Position numbers and translations under genes: made by a program. Shown piece after piece: positions 1 through 11,934 of a stretch of DNA of 64,000 nucleotides. The stretch lies in the NCBI RefSeq assembly GCF_009914755.1, contig NC_060934.1, one strand, 5' to 3'. The DNA is from the human T2T-CHM13v2.0 reference genome, Homo sapiens. Each line of letters begins with the position of its first letter. Position 1 is the first letter of the stretch. Under the pieces are notes generated by a model that saw only the letters and a program-made list of their open reading frames with translations, had not been told where the DNA came from and did no database searches.

Positions 1-95
1 GGCCCCAGGGTTGTTTCTGATCCAGGTAGGATCAATATCTCGGTAGAGAAAAGGGGGAATTTTTTTGCTTATACTTTTTAAAATAAGCTACTTGT

Positions 96-391
<296 letters not shown>

Positions 392-410
392 AAAATAAGC
401 TACTCGTAAG

Positions 411-445
411 GGGTGTGTGTGTGTGTGTGTACATGCATGTGTGTA
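411..445. repeat. (TG)n microsatellite, imperfect
   Basis: GTGTGT run directly visible. Confidence 0.85.
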
Positions 446-972
446 ATCTCTGTGGCGTGTGACCTGGATATATTCATAAAGGTGTAAGAATAATTCAAGT
501 AGGTAACGCTCTCTCACATTTTTTAAAAAAAGAAAGAAGGAAAATATTTATTCCTTATATTTCAGGATGGCAGTCAATTAGGGTGTGATGTGACTTAAAG
601 GTCACAGGAGACCTTGCCTCTTGCCAAGTGCTGCCACGACTGTGTGGAAAATCTCTTGTGTACTGGGGACCCAGTTTCTTTCCTGTGAAGGGAGTTGACA
701 GAAATAAAAAAGATCACTGAATGAGATAATCGTTGTAAAGGAGCCAGCATAGCAGCCCCTTAATTAGGGGGAGTGTGCTGTGTCACTGAAACACTCTTTG
801 TTTCCAATCAGGGAGCTCTCACTGATCAGTCAGGACTCTAATTGTTGGATAGAGTCAACAATTAGAAAAAAAGTTATAGTCTCCTAGGAGACATAGACAA
901 GTGAGCTGACAGGGTGGGCTCAGCTCACCCTGTCCCAGCACCTTGGGAGGAGTGTCAAGGCAAACGACAGGC

Positions 973-1070
973 AGCTGGGTGCAGTGGTGTGAGCCTGTGA
1001 TTCCTGCTACTTAGGAGGCTGAGGTGGGAGGATCGCTTGAGCCTGTGAGTACAAGGCTAGCTTGGGCAAT
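973..1070 (+). mobile_element. Monomeric Alu (FLAM/FAM-like) fragment
   Basis: AGCTGGGTGCAGTGG...GAGGCTGAGGTGGGAGGATCGCTTGAGCC; single arm only. Confidence 0.8.
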
Positions 1071-1403
1071 TTTGGGGAGACAGAATAAACAAAAATTGAC
1101 TTTTTTTAAAAAATAAGTTTGTATTTTCTTCAATTCAAAACATTTTTAGAATTGATATTACTTTTTATAGCTTTAAGGCATATTTCACATCGATATTACT
1201 TCTTAATATATATATTTTTTTGCTACAGATTTGGAGTGTGTAAATTGATAAAATTAGTATCAATGCTATTGTAACTACCTGGAATTGGTTAAATAGCAGC
1301 AGTGCCAGTCACCTTTCTTAGAGTAGAGATTGCCAGCAGGCAATATCTTCATCCTCAGGACCCAGGTCTCTCTTCTCTGACCCTGCCTGGACCCTGACAA
1401 TCC

Positions 1404-1515
1404 CAGGGCGCTCTGCGTTGGAATCAATTTGGATGTGTGTTACCAGATCTTCGCTGAAGCAGGGCACTCTGCATTGGAGTAAATTTGGATGTGTGTTACC
1501 AGATCTTCGCTGAAG
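1404..1515. repeat. 56-bp tandem duplication (2 copies)
   Basis: 1404-1459 vs 1460-1515, 52/56 identical by eye. Confidence 0.95.
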
Positions 1516-1830
1516 AACGCAAGGAACCCAGCATGCAAAGCTGGCCACTACAGTTACATTTTTCCCTCCCTTTGAAAAAAATTTTATGAATGCCTTTCTG
1601 AACAAAGAATATGAACTAACCCTCATCATTCATTACATTTAAATAGCATAACATGCCATTGAAATCCTTTTCCAGACGTTTCAGCAAGTGAAATCATTTG
1701 TGGTTCATGTTATAGCTTTTTCAGTAACATGAATTGAGAAATTTTTCTTCTTACTAATAAAAGGGAATCATTCCCGCAGTTAAAGAATTCATCTTGGAAT
1801 CCTCTGGTTTTTCATCATGCTTTACTTTTA

Positions 1831-1878
1831 AAACTTCCCGTTCTGCTGTAGCAAACTTCCCATTCTGCTGTGGCAAAC
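1831..1878. repeat. 22-bp tandem duplication
   Basis: AAACTTCCCGTTCTGCTGTAGC / AAACTTCCCATTCTGCTGTGGC / AAAC. Confidence 0.9.
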
Positions 1879-2267
1879 ACGAGTGCATATTAGTTTTCAT
1901 CTTTGGAAGATGAATGAAGTATGTGACTTTTCAAACAGGGATCTCACATTTTAAGTCTAGTTATTCCAGAATAAAAACAAGCCAGAGGCCCAAACACAGG
2001 ATTCTTCACTGTCGTTAGCAATTTGGGCACAAATCTGAAGGGCCAGTTTGGTGCAGGTGTGCTGGAGGATACATGGAGAAAAAAAAACATGTTCCAGTCT
2101 AGTTCTGATACACAGAAATTGAAAGAGCAACCCAAGGAGTTGGGTTGCTCTTCCACATGGTCAGGATGAGCCAAGGCTTCGGGGTAGGGCTTTTAGGGCA
2201 AGTGGGCCCAAGCTGAGCCCAGCAGGGGCAGGGCCAAGATGAGCAGAAGGAAGAGATAGGCTCTGGA

Positions 2268-2665
2268 AGGAGAGGCAGGAGGAGGCAGGTGTGGGCAGGT
2301 GCAGGCAGATGTGGGCAGGTGGAGGCAGGAGGAGACAGGAAGAAGCAGGTGAGGGCAGGTGCAGGCAGATGTGGGCAGGTGGAGGCAGGAGGAGACAGGA
2401 GGAAGCAGGTGAGGGCAGATGCAGGCAGATGTAGGCAGGTGGAGGCAGGAGGAGACAGGAGGAGGCAGGTGAGGGCAGGCGCAGGCAGATGTGGGCGGGT
2501 GGAGGCAGGAATAGACAGGAAGAGGCAGGTGCAGGCAGGTACAGACAGATGTGGGCAGATGGAGGCAGGTAGAGGCAGGAGGAGGCAAGATGAGGTAAGA
2601 GGAGCCAGGTGCGGGCAGGTGCAGGCAGATGTGAGCAGGTGGAGGCAGGAGACAGGAAGAGGCAA
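2268..2665. repeat. G-rich minisatellite, 60-bp higher-order unit of six 10-mers, about 6 copies
   Basis: Lines starting 2281, 2341, 2401, 2461 and 2521 align in register (GGAGGCAGGT GTGGGCAGGT GCAGGCAGAT GTGGGCAGGT GGAGGCAGGA GGAGACAGGA); explains the repetitive ORFs at 2099-2732. Confidence 0.95.
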
Positions 2666-3206
2666 GAGGATGCCAGCTGCCTGAGGTGGCTGACAGCTTC
2701 ACCCAGCTGAGGTTCTTGCCCATCCTATACACCCATCCCAGGACCTCTCTCTAAACACTCTGCTCTGACTTTGGCATTTCCTTGAAAAAACACCCCAGAA
2801 GCTCCTCGTCTCCTTCATACAATAATCCAGTCTGCCTAGCCCAGTGAATGAGGGTTCTACCAGAGCCCAGCCAACCCCTAGGACAGCTCACATCCCACCA
2901 TCCCTGAGGTACTGCAGGCTCACAGCCTTCCTGATGGACCACACCTGTGCACCGGGCTGGTCCCCTGCATGCACCTCTCATTCAAGTTGCCTTCCTCTGG
3001 GAAGCCCCCAGGGACTTCTTTTCTGTCCTGCACTGGCAGAGTCCCCCTGCTTCCCCTGCACCCAGCACATTCCTTCCTTCCTTCAGGTGTTGCTGCACCT
3101 CTGCTGCTGGGCAGGCTTGGTGCCAGGCACTGAACACACAGCTGAGTCCCAGATGGATGTCTTAGTGTCAGGAGACAGAGTAAAGTTCTAGGCCTATTGT
3201 CCATCG

Positions 3207-3328
3207 TTTCTTGAGACAGGGTCTTGCTCTGTTGCCCAAGCTAGCCTTGAACTCACAGGCTCAAGCTATCCTCCCACCTCAGCCTCCCGAGTAGTAGGGA
3301 TTACAGGCTTACACCATTGCACCCAGCT
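3207..3328 (-). mobile_element. FLAM (monomeric Alu)
   Basis: TTGAGACAGGGTCTTGCTC...CACCCAGC single arm; TSD-like GCCT(A/G)TTGTC on both sides. Confidence 0.85.
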
Positions 3329-3989
3329 GCCTGTTGTCTGCCTTGACATTCGTCCCAAGGTGCTGTGACCCAGTTCATTTGTCTGTGTCCCCTAGGAGAC
3401 TATGACTTTCCTGCAGGCAGGGTTGTACCTTCTCATCTGCACCCTCAGTGCACTCAGGCAGGTAGTGTCCAGAAAATGCTTGAAGACAAGAAAGGTTCCC
3501 CCAGTGAGTCCATGCAGAGCAGAACGGCAAGCAGGGCAGGAGGCACCAAGCTGGCAGGGCAGGGTCTTGTCCCAGATGTACTGTGTCCTGGAGAATGATG
3601 TGCTAACCACATGCAGGCCGCCTGGGATGGAGAAGAGCAGCGGAGTGAGTCTTCCCTGCCTGGTGGGAGGTGGAGGCCCTGTGGCATCTGAGGTCAAGGT
3701 CACTGCCACTGGGCTGGCAGGGCTATTTCTCCAAATGTTAGAATCAAGAACTTCAGATTAAACTTCCCCTCTGCCTACTCCTTCCCCATGTCAGCATTGC
3801 TGAACAGCTGCCATTTAGCAATTGTGGGAGCAACACCTATTTATTGAGGGTCCATTCTGTTCTGGGCCCTGACACAGTAGCCCCAGGAGGTGTCACAAAT
3901 GCAAGAGTCAGGCAGGTGTCATCATACATGAGCCAGGGGAGCCAGGTGGGCCTGAGCCGAGGGGAGCAACACCTATCCCGGCCACAGGG

Positions 3990-4190
3990 GTGCCCTGCTC
4001 AGGCTCAGCCCGCTGTGGGCTCACAGGAGCACATCTTCTGATTTTTCAAGAGAAGCTGAGCACCTAGATTTTTGTGTGAAATGCTACAATTTAAAAATAT
4101 AAACAATGAATGTAAACAAATCTTACACCAGGTAGGCTAAATAGGAGCCATTTCCTAGCCGCACTTGGTTTCTGGACAGCCAGTTTTCCA
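3990..4190. mobile_element. Old hAT/Charlie-type MER DNA transposon fragment
   Basis: TCTTCTGATTTTTCAAGAGAAGC...AGATTTTTGTGTGAAAT resembles a recurrent MER motif; family and boundaries uncertain. Confidence 0.45.
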
Positions 4191-4987
4191 CCTTGATTGA
4201 TAAAAGAAATAACCATTCTTGGTTTTTTATTTACTTCCAGATCTCCATTCCCCTGCTCTTTCTACAATACAACTCCCACCCCCTCCATCTCACTAAAGCT
4301 CCCACTGATGCTCCTGAAGCCTTGATCTGTACATCCAGGCTTCCTTGGTTTGTGGCCACAAACCCCGAATCCCTCACTCTGATTTGCAGAGTAGGGGACA
4401 GGTGAGGGCTGGGCCCAGGGCAGAGCCACCAGTGAGAAGTTGGGCAACCCTTGATCTCATCAGTGTGGCCCAGACTGTGTCACTGGTAAGGGAAAAGGCA
4501 AAGAAAACAGGCAAAATATTGATGTTTATCTGCAGAGCTGAATGTCTTTTTATCTCATAGAAAAAAAAAATAGGTCAGCCTCCCCTGAAATGCAGGGCAA
4601 GCCTCCTATAGTCCAGTCAAGAGCATTTCGAGTGTCACTTGCCATGGAAGGAAGCTGGAGACCACGATGTCAGAGAAATGAGAATGAGAGAAACAGAAGG
4701 AGAGCTGTGATATCCAGGAAGATGGTTTAAGCTCAGGGAACCAAGGAATCTGTCTCCATCTGCTAGCAAACTGAGGCTCTAATCACTATCAGAAACGGAA
4801 GAATGTTGAGGAAAGGTGATCAGAGGTTTGGGTGCTGTTCATCAACCTGTCTAAAATGAAATTTTTAAAGTATGTTTTTCTTTAAATTGTACGACATCCT
4901 CGATTTATAAAGCAAATCAACTAACAAAGCTATGCCTTTGTGGGCACTCAACTTGATCCTTTGTCTTTAGGTTAAAAACCAAATCCT

Positions 4988-5425
4988 ACAAAATGTCCAT
5001 CAAGGGATGAATGAATAACCAAAATGTGGTCATACATGCAATGGAATGCTGTTCCGTCCTAAAAAGGAAGGAGCTCCTCTCATTTGCTGCAACACGGATG
5101 AACCTGGAAGACGTACTGAGTGGAATAAGCCAGTTACACACAGACAAATACTGTATGATTCCACTCACATGAGGTCCCTAGAGTAGTCAAATTTGTAGAG
5201 ACAGAAAGTTGAATGGTGGGTGTCAGGGGCTGGAGAGAGAGGGATGGAGGGTTATGTTTAAGAGGGACAGAGTTTCAGTTTGGGAAGAGGAAGAAGTACT
5301 GGGGCGAGGTAGTGATGATGGTTGCACAGCAGTGTAAATGCACGTAATGCCCCTGAACTGTACACTCAAAAAGGGTTGAAATGTTCAATTTCATTTTACA
5401 CGTACATTACCACAATTTAAAAAAC
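4988..5425 (+). mobile_element. L1MB-type 3' end fragment
   Basis: AAATGTCCATCAA...GAATGAATAA...AATGGAAT...AAATACTGTATGATTCCACT...GAACTGTACACT...CACAATTTAAAAAA typical of L1M 3' end. Confidence 0.85.
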
Positions 5426-6853
5426 TCATACAAGAGCAGGAATTTCAGGGCCGCATCTGTTATCATAAAACCATGGCACTGTTGAGACTCGGAAGCAATT
5501 TTAATCACGTGGGCCAGGAAACCGGTGACTTTCTTATCTCTTTGATCTCATGGAAACACCAACACTGTTTTCATGTGTTTTATTCTTCTCTTCCCAGCTC
5601 TGCCAGACATCCACACATCCTGTCTAATGAAAACAGTAAGACTGTTTAAACTCCAGAGGTCATGTAAGGAAATCATTCCTAAATGTGTAGTTCAGAGTAA
5701 AAAGTGCTCTTGTCGATAGCAACTTTTCATAAATTTGTTTTTCTGAGCGTCACAGTGGTATTTGTTCATCTCTAAAAATCTGGATTGTTTCAAGATGATT
5801 TTTAAAATTATTTATAAGGAACCCCCAAACTTGCCTGGCTGCCAGTCTCTCACACTCCCTGTAACCCTCGAGTTGAGGAGTAGGTTGCTAATCCTCTCCT
5901 AGAGTGTCTCTGCCACCAGCCTGGAAGGCACTGGGGCTCCATGAGTTCCTGCAGCTCTTTGTCTGTGCATGCGAGAACTTTCCCGTCGTCTTCTCCCATG
6001 CAGGAGGGAGACGGCTAGCTGAGCCTCTGAGTCTAGGTTGAAGGAAGGTCGGTGAAGACCCCACCCACAGTGAGACAATGCGGTGGTCATGGGGAAGCTC
6101 CACCCACCAACACCCCAAGCCCCAGAAGTTCTGCTGCCTGGAATGCGCAGGAGGCTTCCAGGGCAGCTGAGGTGACTCTGATTTCATTTGCTCAGGCAGA
6201 TGGTATTGGAGAGACTCAGCCACTTTATTCTGCAGTTGGTCAGCACTTCCCAAGGGGATTTTATTGGTCTTCTCCAAACTCTCTTAATTCCAGACCTTCC
6301 CAGCCTCACATTTGCTAGTCTCAGAACAGAGCTAAGGAGGCCTGTTCCTCACGAGCTGGACAGGCAGACTGGAATGACCGTGCCCACTGCTGGGGTGGCA
6401 GTATTGGGCATGGTGTATGAGTGTGTGTGGGTTGACCTGGCTGTGGACTCTGGGTGGAAGGAGGAGGAAGTAGTTCCTATGGGCATTGGGGCTGGGAAGT
6501 CTAATTAGAAGCAATAGTGTTGGCCCAACAAGTGGGGCATTTGTGCACGACAGAACCTAAGGGCACACAAAGTTGCTCCTGTCAGGGATGTGAGTCAGCC
6601 AATGGCCAAGCTTTGACTTTCGGCCAGGGTGGAGAGTGGCAGCAAATCATGGTTCTGCTGCTGGAAGGACTGAAGTCCAGGGAATATTACTGCTCAGAGG
6701 GCCTGATAAGAATCCAGGGACCAGAACTGGGGTATAAAGTAGGACTGAGAATTAAGAGGAAGACCACAGCTGTTGTGTCACATGCAGCATGATAGTCAGG
6801 GATGGATGAGCACCTCTGGGAGGTACTTGATAAATATTGATTGAATGGCTAAA

Positions 6854-7125
6854 TGGTGGGTGGGTGGATGGATGGATGGACGATGGACAGATGGATAGAT
6901 ATGTGGATGGATGGATGGATGGATGGATGGATGCATGCATGGATAAGTGGATGGATGGATGGACAGATGGATGGATACATGGACAGACGGACGGATGGAT
7001 GGATGGATGGATGGATGGATGGATGGATGGATGGATGGATAAGTGGATGGATGGATGGGTGGATGGATGGATAAATGGATGGATGGATAAGTGGATGGAT
7101 GGATGGGTGGATAGATGGATGGATA
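6854..7125. repeat. (TGGA)n microsatellite, about 270 bp, imperfect
   Basis: GGATGGAT runs; preceded by an L2-like 3' end (TAAATATTGATTGAATG); source of the MDG/IHP ORFs. Confidence 0.95.
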
Positions 7126-7129
7126 GGTT

Positions 7130-7560
7130 AGTGAGGTTAGAAAAGTAGGCAGAAACTGGATCATGAAGGCCCTATAAGGAGTTTGCACATAATAGAAGGT
7201 CATTTGAGGAGATTGAGCAGGAGAGTGACAAATGGAACTGTGTATTTGAAAGATCTCTGTGGCTCCACGTGGATAGCAGGCTGGTGTAGGTACAAGACTG
7301 GAAGCAAGAGACTAGCTAGGGGGTTGTTGCAGTGAAAGAAGATAGTGGCATAAAATTAGGTAGGTGGCAATGAGATGGAGAGAGTGGGCAGATTCCACAC
7401 ATTTTTAGAAAGCCTGAAGATCAGGAATCAGTGACTGTTCTTTAGATGTGTGGGGAAAAAGAGGGCGGCATCTAGAGTGACCCCCAGTGGGCTGGACAGC
7501 TGGGGGGATGGTGGCACCTTCTATCAAAATAATGGGGGAAAGGAAGAGAAGGCTAGGGAT
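7130..7560 (-). mobile_element. L2 fragment
   Basis: GATCATGAAGGCCCT...GAGCAGGAGAGTGAC...TTTGAAAGATCTCTGTGGCT is L2 antisense-like; boundaries approximate. Confidence 0.6.
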
Positions 7561-9294
7561 GGATCGTTGTGACTGTCATGGGCCAGGAGTGCCTTGTGGC
7601 ATGGATCTGTTTATAAGCCTATCTCCTTCATTGGACCTCAGGAAAGACCCTCCAGCTTCCTCACCCTTCCCCTGCACATCCAGAGCTTAGTGCAGTGCCC
7701 AGTACCTGGTTGGTTTTTGAAGTTATTGGACTAAAGAGTGAATATGGATCTGGGATTAGACAGTCTTTAAGATCATTCCCTGCTTAGTTGTGCTGCTGTA
7801 GCAACATTCATACATGGGGGTGAGAGGGGTGACTTGCGGAACTGGCAACTCAATGTGGAGAATCTTCCAGGGCAAGCAGGTAGAGGAGAAAAGGCCTCTG
7901 TGCCTGACCTCATATCTGAAGCCCAAGGCAACATGCCAGCCAGACTTTGGGCTCCTTGCCTGTGGACACCTGTGTCTTACTGTCTGCTCTGGGCTCTCCT
8001 TTGAGGAGGCCTCTGTCTCAGAACAAATGTCACAAACAATGAATGCCATGCTTCAAAGGAAGCTGATGTATGGAGCGTGTGTCACCTTCCTCTACAGGAA
8101 TGGGGTTTGGCAGTGATCCAAAGACTCACTGTTACGACATGTTCTCAGGGAAGTAGGTCATATGTCCCCAGGGTATTCAGAGAGGCCTGTGAGTGTGAGA
8201 TGTTTGGGCTGAGCAGGGCTTTCTTCCTCTCAAGGCTCCAAAGGGCGGGCCAACAGGTCATTTGGTTTTTCTCAGTGATATGTTTTCCTCCTCAAGATTC
8301 ATCACCCCTCTCTCCTCCTCTGCTTGTTCTGAGGCAAATGGACACAGAAATACATTCTCTGTTTTATCCTTCATCGTTGCTAACCCCTGTGGGGTCGCTG
8401 ACATCATGGAGTTCTCTTCTGGTTGTGCATATTGTAGCTCATGAAGAAAAGGTTGTAAATCACCATTTCAGGATGTTCTGCCTTTGACCTACTATGACTC
8501 CATGGAGTATCCCCTACAGAGCTCTCTGTGGGTCTCTGAGAGGCATTGGTGTGTGGCTGCATCTGGCACCTTGAGGTGAAGATGGGCCAGGAGTAGATCC
8601 AGGAGGAGCACAGCAGAGCATAGGAGGTGGCTGGAGAAGAAGGTCAGATGCTGTGGGGTCAGGAAGTGCCTGTCAGAGAAGCACCTGGGAGTTTGTTTCT
8701 GGCTGAGGCCAGCAAGGGGTGCAGGCTGCATGACTTCCTTCTTTTGAATCTTCCTTTCAGGGCCCAAGTACAAAGAGAAAACACACATCAAAATGCTTGG
8801 AGAATGAATGGCTATTCGTGTATATACCATTTCACTGATATTGATAACTTACTATGTGGCCGATCCTGCTCAAGGGCCTAGGAAGAAAAAGAACTCTCTG
8901 CCCTCATTTTGGGGCCAATAAGTAAGGATATATGTACAAGGATGTTTATTGCGGCAAAAAATAAAACACTAAATTTATAATGGCAAGGCCTGTCAACAGG
9001 GAAAGATTGAAAAGAGATTGATTCTGCATCTGCATCATGGAGCAGCCTGCAGCCCCTGGGAGATATTCATCAGACCTCGCAGGCTGGCAGGGAGGGATTT
9101 CCACCCCGCATTGGTAAGAGAGAAGAGCAAGATGCGCTTGCACATTGCACCTGTGCACACTTGCTCATCTGTAATTGTGGGTACAGGGACAAAGGTGTGT
9201 GCAGACACACTGCAGGTCACAAAGACTGCATAGAGGCATAGAGTGAAAGTGGGTACAGAAAAGGGGAGGAGTAGGAAGAAAAGAAACAAGGAAT

Positions 9295-9583
9295 CACAGG
9301 ACACGGCAGCTCGTGCCTGTAATCCCAGCACTCTGAGAGGCTGAGGTGGGAGGATCACTTGAGCCCAGGAGTTCGAGACCAACCTGGGCAACATCGTGAG
9401 ACCCTGGCTCTGCTAAAAACTAAAGCCAGATGTGATGGCTTGTGACTGTAGTCCTAGCTACTGGGGAGGCTGAGGCAGGAGGATCCCTCGAGCTCAGGAG
9501 GGCAAGGCCACCATGATTGTGCCACTACACTCCAGCTTAGATGACAGAATGAGACCCTGTCTCAAAAAAAAAAAAAAAAAAAA
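9295..9583 (+). mobile_element. AluJ
   Basis: GAGGATCACTTGAGCCCAGGAG / GGCAACATCGTGAGACCCTG diagnostics, poly(A) tail. Confidence 0.9.
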
Positions 9584-10771
9584 GCTATATGTTTTTAAAT
9601 ATCATTTATAGTGTGATTTGTGTAAAATTGCATAGACACAGAGAAGGGTTTACGCCATGGGACAGCCACGAAAATGTGATAGCACTTCAGTTTGACTTTA
9701 AAAAAAAATACTCTTGTGCATTGTTCAATTGTTTTTATAATACAGTGATCACATTTATTTAGTGATTGGAAAAGAGGTTATATTTTAGTTTTGGAAAATT
9801 AAATAAGTGTAGATGTGAAAACAAAATAAATAACAATTCTCAGAGGTATCTTTATCTAAAGTGAGCCAGATTCACGTGCATTCAAAACTCCTCTCCTAGG
9901 AAAACCTCCCCTGATTGTCTTCTTCAACTGTTAGGAAATAGTGTTGAGGTGTTGCCACACCCTGAGGCCCATTCTCCCCTATGCTGTGTGTTAGAAGTCT
10001 GTCTCTTGCTCTGAAGAATTCAGGTTTGTCCCATGGGTTTACATTTTATTTATCTCTTAATGCTTACATCCTCTGATGCCTCTGACATTTTACCTTGTCT
10101 TTGGACAAATTTTCACAATGTTTAAAAGGTATGCTTTAAAAAGATATGCTCTTACATAACTTTTCTGTGCCTGGCTATTCTCCCATATGTTAAAGGAGGC
10201 CTCCTTTCCCTGGACCACCATGACCACCCGAGGGACTTGCAGGTTGCCAGGGCATCACCTGTCATGTTCTTTTATGGAAAGAATCTGGACTGGAGCACAT
10301 GAGCTCAAGAAAAATCTCGGACTTAAAATTCAGTCTACAAGACAAACTGACATTGTCCTGGACCTGTGTAATGGGCAAAGTTCAGAGTCTCTGGGGTACA
10401 GGGAAGTAGGTCAGGGAGTGGGGAAACTGAGGCCTGTTGTGGGACTTCTCAGCCCACCCTAATTAGAGGGGTTGAGCCAACCCCCCAATAAATACCTTCT
10501 CATGTGACAGCATGGGACGTGAGATGGGAAAGGCCCATCAGCTAAATGCGAGCCACACCGTGAAGGATGCCCCATGCCATGCCCAAGGGTTTGGGTTTTC
10601 TCCTAGGAGGGGTGAAGAGCTGCTGAAGCTTTTGAGCCCTGTAGATGCTTAGATGTGTGTTGGGCCACTCCGTTGGCCCCCAGGAGAGCAGATGGGGAAG
10701 GGTGAGCCTAGGCTTAGAAGACCAGCACAGAGTCCTGAGCTTGGGGATGTGCACACACCATCACCCCCTCC

Positions 10772-11308
10772 TTTTTTTTTGTTTAAGAGAGACTTTATTT
10801 TAGGGCATTTTAAATTCACAGCAAAATTGAGTGGAAGGTAGAGAGATTTCCCATATGCCCCTTAACCCTACACACACACAGCCTCCCCACTCTCATTATC
10901 CTACACGTCATCATCACCCAGAGTCCATAGTCTGTGTTGGGGCTCACTCTTGGTGTTGTACATTCTATGCATTTGGACAGATATATGACATGTATCCACC
11001 ATGGCCGTGTCATATAGAATGGTTTTACTGCCCTAAGCATCCTCTGTGATCCATCCATTTATTCTCCCTCCCTGTGAACCTGGCAACCACTGATTTTTTT
11101 ACTGTCTCCATAGTTTTGCCTTTTCTAGAATGTCATGTGGTTGGAATCATATAATATGTAGCTTTTTCAGATTGGCTTCTTTCACTTAATAATACACATT
11201 TAAGGTTCTTCCCAGGCTTTTCATGAGTTGATAGTTCATTTCCTTTTAGCGCTGAATAGCATTTTATTGTCCGGAGGTACCACAGTTTATTTAGCCAGTC
11301 ACCTACAT
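10772..11308 (-). mobile_element. L1MC-type 3' end (left part, split by ERV-L)
   Basis: Poly-T then AGACTTTATTTT...TTCACAGCAAAATTGAG...; TTTTCAGATTGGCTTCTTTCACTT; continues after 19031. Confidence 0.85.
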
Positions 11309-11885
11309 TGTGATGGTTAATTTGAGGTGCCAACTTGACAGGATTAAGGAATACCTAAAAACTTGGTAGTGTAGTATTTTGGAGTATATCCTTCCAGAGG
11401 AATTTAGCATTTGAGCCTGAGTGAATTAGGTGGAGAAGGTTCACCCTCAGTGTGCATGGGCAACATCCGATCTGCTGGGGACCCAGACACGACAAAAACA
11501 GGAAAGGTGACTGTGTCGATCTGTCTGCTGGAACTGGGATACACCCTGCCTCTCCTGACCCTGGACAATTCCAGGCTTGTCAGCCTTTGGATTCCAGAAC
11601 TTACACCAGTGCCCCACCCTCAATCCATCCCCTGGTTCTCAGGCCTTTGGCCACGGACTGGGAATTTCACCAACACCTTCGCTGGTTCTGCAGCCTTCAG
11701 ACCTGGACTGAACCATGCTGCTAGTGTGCCAGGGTCTTCAGCTTGAAGATGGCCTGTTGTGGGACTTCTCAGCCAACCCTAATTAGAAGGGTTGAGCCAA
11801 CCCTCAAGTAAATCCCTTCCCATGTGTCTATCTAGCTATGCATATTCTATTAGTTCTGTCTCTCTGGAGAACCCTGGCTAATACA
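11309..11885 (+). mobile_element. 5' LTR, MLT2B-type (577 bp)
   Basis: Starts TGTGATGGTTAATTT...CAACTTGAC, ends CTGGAGAACCCTGGCTAATACA. Confidence 0.9.
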
Positions 11886-11890
11886 GATTT

Positions 11891-11908
11891 TGGTACCAGG
11901 AGTGGTTC
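11891..11908 (+). promoter_or_regulatory. Primer-binding site, tRNA-Leu
   Basis: TGGTACCAGGAGTGG immediately after the 5' LTR, complementary to the 3' end of tRNA-Leu(UAA). Confidence 0.85.
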
Positions 11909-11934
11909 TAGAGGAAACAATTTTAATTTTTGGT

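Noticed and set aside
1404-1515. CRISPR-like repeat-spacer-repeat appearance
   Set aside because: Only two units and the 'spacers' are themselves duplicated; eukaryotic context with no cas genes.
2099-2732. Three long repetitive Pro/Cys- or Gly/Arg-rich ORFs
   Set aside because: They follow from a stop-free 60-bp minisatellite; no splice or promoter context.
6752-7203. MDG/IHP-repeat ORFs
   Set aside because: Translation of (TGGA)n.
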